A DNA stretch of 64,000 nt from Podospora anserina. Lineage: Eukaryota. Location: the NCBI GenBank assembly GCA_017654855.1, contig CM030336.1, forward strand, positions 186,001-250,000, given 5' to 3'. Shown one piece after another: positions 49,033-61,457 of the stretch. Made by a program: the position numbers and the translations under genes. Within the stretch, counting starts at the first letter, position 1, and each line of letters opens with the position of its first letter. The notes beneath the pieces are model-generated. The model searched no databases, was not told the DNA's origin, and saw nothing but the letters and a program-made list of their open reading frames with translations.

Positions 49033-50844
49033 TCAAGCAGCTGATTCCTTGTGTTCTCCAGAGACACCCATCTTTTCCTCCGACGACAACATTTCGTTGC
49101 GCTCCTGTCTGAGGGCAAGATTGCGCGTATTTTTGGTCTTCCAAGCGGGAGTCCCAATATACTTGATGGCTGTTCAACGAAACAAAATGGTTAGCAGGAA
49201 TCGAAGAGAAACAGGAAGGCATAAAACGTACCGCCAGGCTTGGTATCATCAAACATCTCCTCAATCTCCTCAAGCGGCTTGTTGGCGGTTTCCGGGAACA
49301 TGAAAAATACATGCAGGAACATGGCTGCGCAGAATGTCGCAAAAATAACATAGACCCTCCAGGTAATGTTGGCAAAGGCCGCAGGAACAAAGTAGGCCAG
49401 GGCAAAGTTGAAGGCCCAATTTGCCGATGTGCACAGGGCAACCGCTTTTCCACGAAGACGAAGGGGGAACAGCTCGGGAGGGTAGGTCCAGGAGACAGGA
49501 CCCCAGGTGGGCGCAAATGAGGCGACAAACAGGTAAGTCGCGGCGATGATAGCCTTGGCGGGCGGTCCCTCCACCGCCATCGACTCTGCCGTCGAGATGA
49601 ACTCTCCGGGGTAGGGCGCGCGGCCGTAGACGGCAAAGAGGCCTGCGTTGATACACAGCCAGAAACACATCAGGAATGCGCCCACAAGGAGAGTCGGTCG
49701 GCGACCCCAGCGATCCATCCAGAGGAGGGCGGGAACGGTCATCACGACATTGATGACAAACTGAATGCCGCTCGGGAGAAGGACGGCGTTGGTACCAGGC
49801 TCGGACAGGCCTGCCATGGTGAAAACATAGGTAATGTAGTACATCATGACATTCATGCCCGTCAACTGCGACCAAATTTGCGTAAAGACGCCGACCTGGG
49901 TTCGGTTAATCATGCCGGGAGTGAAGAGCTCAAAGTAGCTGACATCAGCATTGGCGCGCTCAAACTCCACCACCTCGCGAATCTCCGAAAGCTCCCTTAT
50001 GACCCATGGAGAGTTGGGATCTCCCTTTCCGTGGATCAGCGTCAGCACTTCCACGGCTTGCTCCCAACGATCCTTCTTGGCGAGCCAGCGAGGGGACTCC
50101 GGAAGAAAGACCAGTCCCAGGAACAGGAGGACGGCGGGAACAGCTTGAAGACCCCAAGGAAGACGGAAGGCGGCGGTGCCCGGGATGAAGGAGCTGCCGT
50201 AGCAGATGAAGAACATGATGAGTATGCCCCAGGTGATAGCCCATTGTTGGAAACCGATGAGACGACCGCGCTTCGAAGGAGGGGAGATTTCAGAGATGTA
50301 CACAGGAACTTGGGCAGAGCATATTCCGACCGAGAACCCGTTGATGACGCGACCAATGGCCAACATGGGAATGTTGACCGAAGCGCATACAACCACTGAA
50401 CCAATAATCCTGGACGATGCAGGTCAGTCCATAGCTCCACCACGGCAACACCAAAGTCCAAGAAGAGTTGCGACCTACCAGATAATGGCGCCAAGCTGAA
50501 TCGAAGTCTTGCGCCCAAAAGCATCCGAGACAATGCCAGACACGAGAGCGCCGAGCCAAGAGCCGCCGGGCATGGCAGCAGTGATACCACCCTGAACGTC
50601 GTCAGTGGGTCCGAGACAGAGGCCATTCTCATCATGGCCCCTTTGGTTGAACTGGCAGAGATAGGGTTGGGTCGAGATGATAGCCGACATGGACGAAATA
50701 TCAAAGCCAAACAAGGCTCCGCCTGTGATGATTCCACCGTTAGACAAGCTATCCGAACGAGAAGAATGGCCCAAGAGAAAAGGGCTCAGACGTACCGATC
50801 ACCGCCACGGCGGCGATGAAGTATATGTTGCCGATCTTCCACAT
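49033..50844 (-). CDS. MFS sugar porter, high-affinity glucose transporter HGT1/HxtA/Gtt1 type, multi-exon
   Basis: GNIYFIAAVAVIGGALFGFDISSMS, DAFGRK, PVYISEISP, PESPRW, QLTGMNVMMYY, DRWGRR, PET. The last exon ends at TGA 49033-49035. Confidence 0.93.
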
Positions 50845-51052
50845 CTTATGATCTTGCCTCCAGATGCCGCAGAATCAAGAGAAGGAGAATATGTGATCGG
50901 TTAGGGGAAGGTGAAGTTCTTAGGTCCGGAAGGCAGTACGGCTAGAGGTTCTAGGTTGCTGGCCAAAGGAAAAGGAAAAGAGTTGTGATGATGGAGTCGG
51001 AAAGGTCAGAGACCGGGCCTGCAGAGTGGAAGGAGACCACAGGAACCCAATG

Positions 51053-51120
51053 GTGGGGTACTGGGGCAAACAGGTGTGTGAATCAACTGGGGAAGCATTG
51101 AATGCGTGACGCGTGTGGGG
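51053..51120. promoter_or_regulatory. Cluster of four SYGGRG (CreA/CRE-1) motifs upstream of the sugar porter
   Basis: GTGGGG 51053, CTGGGG 51061, CTGGGG 51087, GTGGGG 51115. Confidence 0.35.
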
Positions 51121-53232
51121 GAGGGGGGGCGTGTTGTTGGTAAAGACAGGAAGAGATCGCTCCTTCCTCTTTGTGACTGACAATGTGCCCACTTAAAAGC
51201 AAGCAGATCTGGGTGAGCTCGTGAGGCGAGTGACGATGTTTTGCATGCCTTGGACAGGTCACTGGGTCAGACTGAAGCTCGGATTGGGGCTGGCCGCTAA
51301 CAGACACCACGATATATACCTACCTGGAGCTAGCCTGTCTGAGAAAACTACAGGGTCATGGGGCAGTTTAAGAGGAAGTCAGCTCCAGTGCCCTCGACCA
51401 GCTTTCTTTCGGCCGGTCTCCTAAGCTCATTTCCCCGAGATTGCAGCCTCTATCGAGAGGCCAAGTCAGGCGGTGAAGACGGAAAACGAGGCTCAGTTGC
51501 TCCGAGAGCATGCCGTGTAAATCGGTAGCCCATTCCGGCAGGAAGGAGTGATTTGATTGGCTGTCCTACAATGTCGGCTTTCTTTGTCCAGGTCACCCAG
51601 CCTTCTGTGGTGCAGTCACGGCAGTATAGAGTCTTTTGCAGGTTCCAATCACCCATGCTGCATTATCACCATGTCTCGCTCGGCCGAATACCGCGGCGGC
51701 TCTTCTTCAAACCTTATCCGACGGGCTGGAAAGAAAGAATCGTTTCCCCCGTCTTCCCGGCAAACAATCCCCGGACCCGACCTACCTTAACCTATCCAAG
51801 TTGAGTTGTCCATAGCGTCAGCAGGTTTTGTGAGTGGCTCTCAGGTAGGAGAGGCAAGATCGACCCCGTACCCGAGTTTCTCTTGACTTGGACGCCTTGT
51901 AGTCGGTGTAAGCATCAGCCATGGTCTGCGGTGCACAGGGGGGGTGGTACCAAGGTGCCTCAGCATGAACGGGGTTTCGGGCGATAAATGCAATGAATAG
52001 CTTGTACACTGTACATCGTTGCGTTCTTTGATGTCAAGAGGTCATGATGGCGGACAATCAACAATTCATGGTCCAAGATAATTTGAAGTGGACATGGGCC
52101 CGGATGCGGCAACAAACTCCATGCATTTGTGACAGCTTTCAATGCTGTAAACAATGCAATTCAGACAGATACGTGGTGGGTGGTGATTCTGAACCATGAC
52201 GTCACAGAGAAAGGAGCGGGATTGTTGACAAGAAGGGACGGCCCGGAGCCTACCTAGCTTGAGAATTACGAGTTAATTGTCGGATGAGGCTTTTAACGAT
52301 CGAAATCACCGACGGACCTTCGGCTTCGATGGTCATGTTATCAATGGGATATTAAGTGTGTCAGCCTGACAGTGCCAGACTGCATTCGCATCTCTGAGAG
52401 CATTTGACGTGTCCAAAAGCCGAGGAAAACCGTGCACCTTTGCATTTTTCACGTGTTTTCTTTCTCAGCCTGTCATGAGGGCTTTCACGGTATGTGCCGG
52501 TGTTTCTTTTGCATCCGATGTCATATGATGCTGTAAACACAATGCAATACCTGTCTCGTACTGGTAGCCAAGGGAGAGCCATAATCTGTTCAGGATGGAG
52601 AATGATAAGGGAGGGCAAGGAAAAAGACGGTGAGTTGACTACCTGGATACCACATGATCCGCGGATTGTCTGTTCAATATACCTATCAGCCTCAATTTGA
52701 GTATCTTAACAACTTTGTTCAGTTTGTGACACAGGTAGGCTTTGTTTGTCACTCCATGTCATATCGCACTGATGTTTTGTTTTAAAAATGGGAAAGGGAA
52801 AAAACCCTGCATCGCCAAAAGTTCCTTCGTTGTTCTCAGTTGTTTTATCAGTGGGTGCTTGCTGTTACATACGTGATGGCTGGAAACCAGGGGAATATTT
52901 GCCGCATGCATGGTGTTGTGCATGTTGCCTTAATTAAGGGGCCCAAGGGGACGTAATAGCTAACCCTAACCCCTTCTACCTTAAAGTGCTGCCAGGAGCA
53001 ACCAAGTGCCAAGCACTGTGAGAACCCTGGTGGCTGCTGGCTGCTGGATGAGGTCAGCTGTTTTCGCATTTCCCAGCGCGTCAATCCAGGCTTGGCGCTC
53101 TCAGCACCGCAACCTTGAACCTGAATGCAGCGCCTCTCTGGCAGAGCTCTCCACGTGCCCGTGTCGTTGTTGTTTTGGGTATCGCAAATATATCGAGTGA
53201 ATCACTTCTCCGCCAGCGTCGCTTTATCTACC

Positions 53233-54719
53233 ATGTCTCCGTCAAAATCGTCCTTTAAGCGTTCAGCCGACAACCGATCCATATCTCCACCTCCGCCGAA
53301 GCGCAAAGCCCAAACTGCCATCTCGAGTATGTGCCCATGCTCGCGCTCGTCTTATTCTTGCCCCAGTCACTAAGAAGATACATTGTATAGAAAGTGCCGT
53401 AGCCAGCTTCTTCACGCCCGCCTCTCAGAAGCCGAAAGAGCCTACTGTCTGGTCAGAACGAAGTCCCGACGACAACTCTCCTGCCACCTTACTCGTTGCC
53501 AAGTACGACAAGACCGAGCCCGACGCCCCGGCCATCAAAAGGAAGAAGATCGCTGCCTTTGACCTCGACTCAACCCTTATAGCAACAGCTTCAGGCAAGA
53601 AGCACGCCGGCGACTCTGCAGACTGGAAATGGTGGCACGAGTCGGTCCCCGCCCGCCTGCGGCAGCTCTACCAAGACGAAGGCTACCAAGTGGTCATCTT
53701 CACCAACCAAGGCGGCCTAGCCCTCCATCCCGACCCCAAGACTAAAGCCCCCGTCAAGTTCACCAAGAACCGCGTCGCCGGCTTCAAAGCAAAATGCAAT
53801 GCTGTCCTGGGACAGCTCGGGATACCTGTCACATTATACGCCGCGACAGGCAAGGACATATTTCGAAAGCCTCGGCCGGGCATGTGGGAGGAGCTTAAGA
53901 AAGATTACAGCCTCCCAGAGGAGGAGATAGATCGGGAGAACAGCATTTTTGTCGGTGACGCGGGCGGTAGGACAGCAGAGCTCAAAGGGCAGGCCAAGGA
54001 CTTTAGCTGTTCGGACAGGAACTTGGCGAGTAATATCGGGATCAAGTACCTCACGCCAGAAGAATACTTTTTGGGGGAGAAGTCAAGGGAGTTTAAGCGG
54101 GATTTCGACCTGGAGCATTTCCCGTTGCCCGAGGAGGAGGAAGAGACACCAAGATTTGAGAAGAAGCACGAGAAGGAGATGGTCCTCTTCGTTGGCCCTC
54201 CTGGTGCAGGCAAAAGCACCTTTTTCTGGAAGGAGCTCAAGCCATTAGGTTACGAGAGGGTTAACCAGGATTTGCTAAAGAGCAAGGACAAGTGTTTCAA
54301 GACTGCTACGGAGTGGCTCAAGGAAGGGGAGTCGGTTGTCATCGGTATGTATACCCTGCCGCCCCCGGCTTTACCCCCTGGAGCATGATAATGTTGACCT
54401 GACAATAGACAACACGAATGCAGACCCCGATACACGCGCCCAGTGGGTTGACTTGGCCAAAAAGCACAAGGTACCCATCCGGTGCGTGTGGTTCAAGACA
54501 CCCCTCCATTTGTGCGAGCACAACAGCGCGGTCAGGGCGCTCAACAAGAGTCTGAACCCTGAAGATCGACAGCTACTCCCGCAGCTTGCGTTCAACGGCT
54601 TCAAGTCAAGGTTCAGGGAGCCCAAGGACAAGGAGGGTTTCGACGACATCACGGAGGTGGAGTTCAAGTTTAAGGGGTCCAAGGAAGAGTACGCCATCTG
54701 GGGCAAGTATTGGGTGTAA
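53233..54719 (+). CDS. pnk1: Bifunctional polynucleotide 3'-phosphatase / 5'-kinase (PNKP), 3 exons
   Basis: HAD motif AAFDLDSTLI, IFTNQGG, RKPRPGMW, FVGDAGGR, DFSCSDR, P-loop GPPGAGKST, IDNTN. Confidence 0.95.
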
Positions 54720-55035
54720 GTGCGGTGAGTGAAGATACGATTTCACAGGATTGTCAGCAAATGGTTTGTCATGATATGATCTTTTTCCCTGCCCCATCGG
54801 GGCTTTGGGTGAAATTTCCCTTTTCATACCCCTTGGCCCTTCGATCAGGTAGCCAACATTGCTATGCATGAGAATCACGTAAGCCCATCCCGCCAATGCT
54901 ACCCGAAATGATCAAATCCTGGTGACTACCTTTCCTCAACCCAAACGCCTATTTTTTATGCAGCCGCAGTCCCAGTTCCTTCCTAATAAAAGCACCAAAC
55001 AGAAACTCCAAGCAGAAAACAAGCGTTACATACAT

Positions 55036-55803
55036 CTACTTGCCTACTCTCTTCCTGGCTTTCTTGGAGGGCCTGCTGACGGTGCCGTTATTACCACCAG
55101 TCTGGCTTTCGGCCAACCGAGCCAGTTCCTCACGGGCATCTCCGTTGTTAACAGACATCTGCCTCTTGAGGCTTGATCCTCCGACCCTCGTCACCTTTTT
55201 CCCTCTCCCATTCGCGGCCCTTCTAGTGCCATCACGATGAAGGATTTGGTGAATTCTTGTCTTGGCCGCCGAGGCTGCCAACCGCTCTGTCGGGGGATCG
55301 GGCGCGACCTGCACTTGTTGATCATTTATCGTCCAGTGCGAGCCTATTGCCTGGTGATGGTGAGCTGGCCGACCATGAACCGGAGCGGTAGACACATGTG
55401 TCACGGGGCGAGATGTCGTCCACGAGGGGCCGTTGCCAGCTTGAGGTGTCACTGATGAGACATGTGACGATCTCGAGTGAAGAAGACCCTGGAGGGGTGG
55501 CCTGATGTGATGACTCGGAGCTGGCCGTGACTGGTATTGGGCCGGGCGTGAGAAGGGCTCCACGTGATCCGCGTGCTTTTGATGAAATTCCTCGAGGATT
55601 GCGGCGCCCATCGCACTCATGGGCTTCCTCTTCTTGCTCGGACTTGGAGGGGGACATTGCCAGGGGAAACATTTGGCCGCCGTCACTTGATCCTGTTGCA
55701 GGACTTGATTGAGGACTTGGGTGGCGCGGCGCGACTGTCTGATGTTGACGCTATTGGGAGCCTTGAAGGGCCCTTCCTGACGATGGTAGGCGTGGTCGGG
55801 CAT
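55036..55803 (-). CDS. Possible orphan basic, low-complexity protein (255 aa)
   Basis: ATG-initiated ORF convergent with PNKP, with NLS-like PSKKRK and KKARKR. No recognisable domain. Confidence 0.35.
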   Translation of the reverse strand: MPDHAYHRQEGPFKAPNSVNIRQSRRATQVLNQVLQQDQVTAAKCFPWQCPPPSPSKKRKPMSAMGAAILEEFHQKHADHVEPFSRPAQYQSRPAPSHHIRPPLQGLLHSRSSHVSSVTPQAGNGPSWTTSRPVTHVSTAPVHGRPAHHHQAIGSHWTINDQQVQVAPDPPTERLAASAAKTRIHQILHRDGTRRAANGRGKKVTRVGGSSLKRQMSVNNGDAREELARLAESQTGGNNGTVSRPSKKARKRVGK

Positions 55804-56846
55804 TTCTGGGAAGGTTCGTCTTTGATGCGGATCCGACTGGCCAGCCCTTTCGAAATTGCCGACGCGTTTTTATCGACGGGAGCAAGTGAGGGCTTATCCA
55901 GTTGTGAATTCCAAGGTCGGAGTGGGGACTATCTTGTGGTCGTGAGAGAAGATGCTCTGGTAGTCCCTGGTGATATCAGCGATACAGTTGATAAAAAAGA
56001 TGGGTTGCTCACTTACTGTTGCTGTCGAACAGTCAGTCAAACCGATATCCCGACTCTATTTGTCACTCTCTCATGGGGACAATGAAGCCTCATAATACGC
56101 CATTATTGGTGACTACATGCTTGGTGTAGTCGGTATTGTTTTTTGGTGGCCGCTTTGGGTAGGCAGCTGGTACCAAGTATTGTTGGAATACCTGAGCCAA
56201 TGGAAGCATTGTCGGTTGCCTTGGAAGTTGGGGGTCAGGGCAGGTGTGACGGCAAGACCGCTGGTGGCTCATGCTCTACAAAGCAGCATGAGCTTTCGAA
56301 AAGTTTGACTCGAAGGCGAATTGGGCCCTCCATCATTGCGGCGGTGCCCCGGAGTGTTGGGCTCCAGGGTTGTTTCATCGGATGTCAGAAGCCGGGGTGG
56401 CAAGCACGTACCGCTTCGTGACCTCTGGAATATTATATGCCGGATAGCCAGTTGTACAAGCTGACTTGTCATGGCGGGCAAGCACATTGCACTCTTGACA
56501 AAAGCAGGGAGCCGTGGAGCCGCCGGGAACCGCAAATTCGGTGAGGTTGGCGGTCAACGGAAAGCTCAGCTCGGGCCGCTATCATGGTGCCAAAGTTCGG
56601 ATGGACCGCGGCCGGAGACTGGAGACCGAAGAACAATTCCATCTTGCTTGGACTTCTGCAAGGTAACCTTTGAAAAGGTGGTATTGATATTGCACTCTTG
56701 ATGATCAGTGTCTCGGGCCGGCCCGCCAGGTGAGAGCACGTTGGTATGGATCATGGATACGCTCGCCAACATCAAAGCGGCCTGAGAGGCTGAGTACAGA
56801 GTCCAGAGTCCAGGCATCGATAGCAACCATCTCACCTATCCCATCC

Positions 56847-56870
56847 CACCACCACCACCACCACCACCAC
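56847..56870. repeat. (CAC)n microsatellite
   Basis: Read directly from the sequence. Confidence 0.9.
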
Positions 56871-58403
56871 CAGCAGCCTGGCTACCATTGCAATCTGATC
56901 ATCTTGATACTGCGAGACCACAGAACCGGACATCGCCGCCTTGCGGTGTGCATATCAATGATTATCTGCAATGCTATCTCGACATGGCTCGCGAATGCAC
57001 CCGCTGGTAAGCTGCTATCACCTTCTTGTTGGAAACCCCAGTTCCAACACGGCGGTATTGTCAATGGCACACTCCAGGATCGATAAGCGAGAGCTGGGAC
57101 ACTGACATGTGGTTGTCCCCACACACCTAGTGTACTGGAGCAGGTGGGCGTCTTGTTGGATATCTCTGAAGCTCCCACACTTTCATTTATCTCGCAGAAT
57201 CTCACAGCTCGCCGATCACAGCAGAGTCAGGGTCTGGCCGGACATGTGATCCGATTTCGCATGATGCTTCCTGATTATCCCCTTCAGGTTTCCCCAGATC
57301 TTGTATCTCGCATGAGACGAACTGGAGGGAAAAAGGCCTGGGATTTGGGTAGTAAAGCCCTCCGTATTGTTTTCGTGTGTACGTAGTGTAAAAGTCATTG
57401 GAAAGTGAACAAGATGAAAACGATTGGATCGGGAGTCTCCATGGCACGAGACCCAATGCGGGAAGTGGCTTGAACCCTGGTGGCCCGGCACTTGCGGGGT
57501 ACATGGGTTCGGCCGCCGTTGGCCTCTTGGGCGCTCGGCTTATCGCTAGCAGGGAAGCCCAGTGCAGGCTTCTAGAAACGGAAGGTGGAATTTGCCGTCA
57601 CCGACCACACTGCCAATTTTTCAGCTCCAGGTCCCGTTCCCCCCAGGACACAGCAGAATCGACAATCTCAACGACAGCTTTTCCCTCAGGTTTCCGTCTA
57701 ATAACCCTCACTGAATAATATCACGAGCAGTGTGTTATTTTTGTTATCTGCTCTTGGACTGAGATCTGTGCCGCCCTCCACTTGACGTCAACCGCGGACC
57801 AGGTAAAGCCTCCGGTGGCATCGCGGTGGCCACTTTTCGAGATGGATTTTTGATAAGATACACCGATGACGCGCCCGATTGAGAAGGTGGCATTCGACGT
57901 CAAGGTGCAGTCGGGCTCCTGCGTGTGTTTCTTGGCTTCAGTTTTGGTCGACCGATCAGCGAACTTGCGACGGCATCTCAACGGCGACTGGCCAGCAGCC
58001 GGTGGCTTTCTCGTCGACCTTGCCCCTCGCCCGTGCCGTTCTCATCCATCCGTGCTGCTCATTGGCCAATTCACTGTATGTGGGATAGGGATTCCCGATT
58101 CCCAACAAGCACTCTCATCCATATGTGCCTACCTCCCTTGTAGGGAAAACTCGACCGACACTTGTCCCGGCACCAGTGCCTTAATCGTCGGCCCTAGTCA
58201 CTTGGCCACCTTCACCTTTCCCGCTGGTGGTTGAAGGTCGAGATCCGCCACGGCCCTTCCATGTTTCCATCGCCGCGGTTCCTCCATCCTGGGCGCACAG
58301 CGTCTGGCCCGCCGGAAGTAACACCGAAAAGACTCTCACTACTCTATCTCTACCTACCACCCTACCTACCTACATACACCACACAACACATACACACAGG
58401 CCG

Positions 58404-58438
58404 CATGCCACATGCTACATGCAACATGCTACATGCCA
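58404..58438. repeat. 7-bp tandem repeat (CATGCNA)x5 upstream of the CNT gene
   Basis: catgcca catgcta catgcaa catgcta catgcca. Confidence 0.85.
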
Positions 58439-58960
58439 CCTCTCGCCTGTGCCTGCTTGTGGTTCGTCGGTTCCCTGCGTTGCCTCTTCTTGTTCGCTCC
58501 GGCTTCTCCACCGACTGCTCTTCCTGGTAATCCTTTTGTCCCTTAAACCTGGTTCCCATGGAGAGACGAGGTCACCGGGATGTCTCGTCAGGTCTCCTCA
58601 CTGTGCAATTCGCTGATTTCAGTCCCCTCCTACCTGGTATCTCCCGCCTTATCGCCTTATCTAGGGTTACGCTTTTCACAAGCACCACAGGCTCACGAGC
58701 CAGCCCGGCCATTTAAAGTTCTACCGTCGCCCCTCGGCGCCTGCACCTCTGGACTTGATTGACCAGGCCAGTGTCTGATTTGGTTCCTCGCTCGCTCGCC
58801 GGCCGCTGTCCTTTTCGCGTTCAGTTTACCGTTCCACGAACCACCTTGTTGGTAGCGGACGTCGAGACAGAGCTTGAGCTCTCATATCAGATCCAGTCCT
58901 CCAGGCCTCCATCCCTTCCCCGCCGTCCCCACCCTGTCCCTCAGATTCTTCTCTCTTGCC

Positions 58961-60951
58961 ATGGCGACCAACGACAACATCGAGCCCAGTGCTACTCCCT
59001 ACTCGGCCCAGCCCACTGCCCTTCAGCAGCAGTCTAGCTCCAGCACCGACATTGGATACCCAGACGAAAAGAACGCCTCGGCCTCCGTTCAGTATGCTGT
59101 CGACCCCGAGAAGCAGAGCACCCAGGCTGGCTCCCTTCGCGGCGACGGGAGAAGTTCGCTACCTACCGTCATCTTGCGGCTTGTGGAGAGGTTTTTCTGG
59201 AAGGTCGTCCAGGTAGCTCTGTTTATCGTCTTCAGCGTGTTAGTAACCAGAGCACACAAGAGCCCTCTCCGAAGTCGAGTGCACCGAACTGATATGTGAT
59301 ACCCGCAGATGGTGGATTTATGGCCTCGTCAAGTACCGACACACCGACGGCAAGGGATGGTTGATTCCCTCCTTGATCTACATCGCCATCTGTCTTCGCA
59401 TCTTCTTCAACTTTGTTCCATCGTCTCTGGTCATGCGCCCTGTGCGCACCGTCTGGAAGCACACGGCTGTCCGGGTGTACGATCGAGTGCCAACTCACCT
59501 CCACCACATTCTTGCCGCCCTGATCGCCGTCGCCGTCTTCTTGATCGGCACCTTTGTGCCTGAAGAGACCGGTGACAACACCCGCGCCAACCGGGCCATC
59601 TCCGTCTTCGGTCTCATGGTTATGCTTGGTCTCCTGACGCTTACGTCGCGAAACTGGAAGCTCATCCCCTGGCGTACCGTCATTGGTGGCATGCTGTCCC
59701 AGTACATCATTGCCATCTTCGTCCTTCGCACAAAGGCGGGCTACGACATCTTCAAGTTCATCTCGGACATGGCTCGTGCCCTGCTCGGCTTCGCCAAGGA
59801 CGGTTTGATCTTCTTGACGGATGAGGATCTGGCCAACAGCAACTGGTTCTTGACCGGTGTCATTCCCGCCATCATCTTCTTCATCGCCCTCGTCCAGATG
59901 TTGTACCACGTCGGCTTCCTCGCCTGGTTCATCCAGAAGTTTGCCGTCTTCTTCTTCTGGAGTTTGAGAGTGTCTGGCGCCGAAGCCATCGTCGCGTCCG
60001 CCACCCCCTTTATTGGCCAGGGTGAATCGGCCGTCTTGATTCGTCCCTTCATGGACCATCTCACCAAGGCCGAAATCCACCAGATCATGACTTGCGGTTT
60101 TGCGACCATTGCTGGTTCCGTCTTGGTGGCCTACATTGGCATGGGTCTCAACCCCCAGGCTCTCGTGTCATCTTGCATCATGTCCATTCCTGCCACCCTC
60201 GCCGTGTCCAAGATGCGCTGGCCCGAGACGGAGGAGCCCATCACCATGGGCAAGGTCGAGGTGCCCAAGAACGAGGAAGATGAAGAGACTGTCAACGCTC
60301 TTCACGCCTTCACCAACGGCTCGTGGCTCGGTCTCAAGATTGGTGCCACCATTGTGGCCTGCCTCTTGACCACGATTGCCTTCGTTGCCTTGATCAATGG
60401 TCTCCTCAAGTGGTGGGGCAGCTACTGGGGCATGGTGACTGACCCTCTTCTCGTCGACGAGAACAACAAGATCCTGTCCATCCAGCTCATTCTCTCCTAC
60501 TGCCTTTATCCCGTTGCTTGGTTGCTGGGTGTGCCCAAGCAGGATCTTCTTTCGGTGGCTGAGCTCATTGGCACCAAGGTGGTCATCAACGAGTTCAAGG
60601 CTTTTGCCGATCTCGTCGACCCCAAGCAGAAGTTCGTCGATATGCTTCCCCGTTCCAAGCTTATCGCTACCTATGCCTGCTGCGTAAGTTTTTTTGTTTT
60701 GTTGTTTTTTTTATTCGTCTCAGATCTTGGAGCATGCGTTGGGACTTGACACTGACATGTTGAAACAGGGTTTCGGAAACATTGGTTCCCTCGGCATTCA
60801 GATTGGTGTTCTTTCCACCATTTCCCCCAAGCGGTCCGGTGATGTCGTCAAGGTGTCCATCTCGGCCTTCCTCTGCGGTGTTCTGTGCACCTTGACATCG
60901 GCCAGCATTGCCGGCATGCTCTACAACGATGGCATGATTGATATGTCGTAA
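58961..60951 (+). CDS. Concentrative nucleoside transporter (CNT/SLC28, H+-coupled); introns 59239-59308 and 60684-60768
   Basis: IPWRTVIGG, SGAEAIVASATPFIGQGESA, MTCGFATIAGSV, GTKVVINEF, CGFGNIGSLGIQIG after splicing. Confidence 0.95.
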
Positions 60952-61457
60952 GCAAAAGAAAAGAAAGAAAAATGAAGAAAATGGTGTGAACGTCGCTCCG
61001 AACCGTGCAAGGAGACAAGACGCACATGTAATTTATCAATCGTTCAAGATACCCCGGATCGGTTGGATGCAAAGTATTATCAAATTTAATAATGAACACG
61101 AGCAATACAAGCTTCCGCGGGAAACGCGAGTAGCTCTGGGGTTGCTTTTAATCAACTCAAAACCCGAGGGGTTGGGACCGGCGAATGACTCATACCGGCA
61201 TAAACGGATCATTTTCTCCTCCACAAGTTGCCGAAGAGTGAGCAGATACCGGATGAGGCGGCAAGCACATACGAAGCTTCGCGACGCGAGGATCCTCTGG
61301 GTAGAGGAGCAAGTCAGAGGAACAAGAACAGGCAACAAAGCTGGCCTTCAGAAACTTTATCTTCTTTGGGCTGAACACTGCATTGGACGGAGTGGAACCC
61401 CTCAAGTAAACAAACCCCTGAATCAGTTGATATGGGGACCGGCCGCCGGCCGCTTTG

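Noticed and set aside
59232-60080. 282-aa minus-strand ORF
   Set aside because: Antisense to the CNT transporter.
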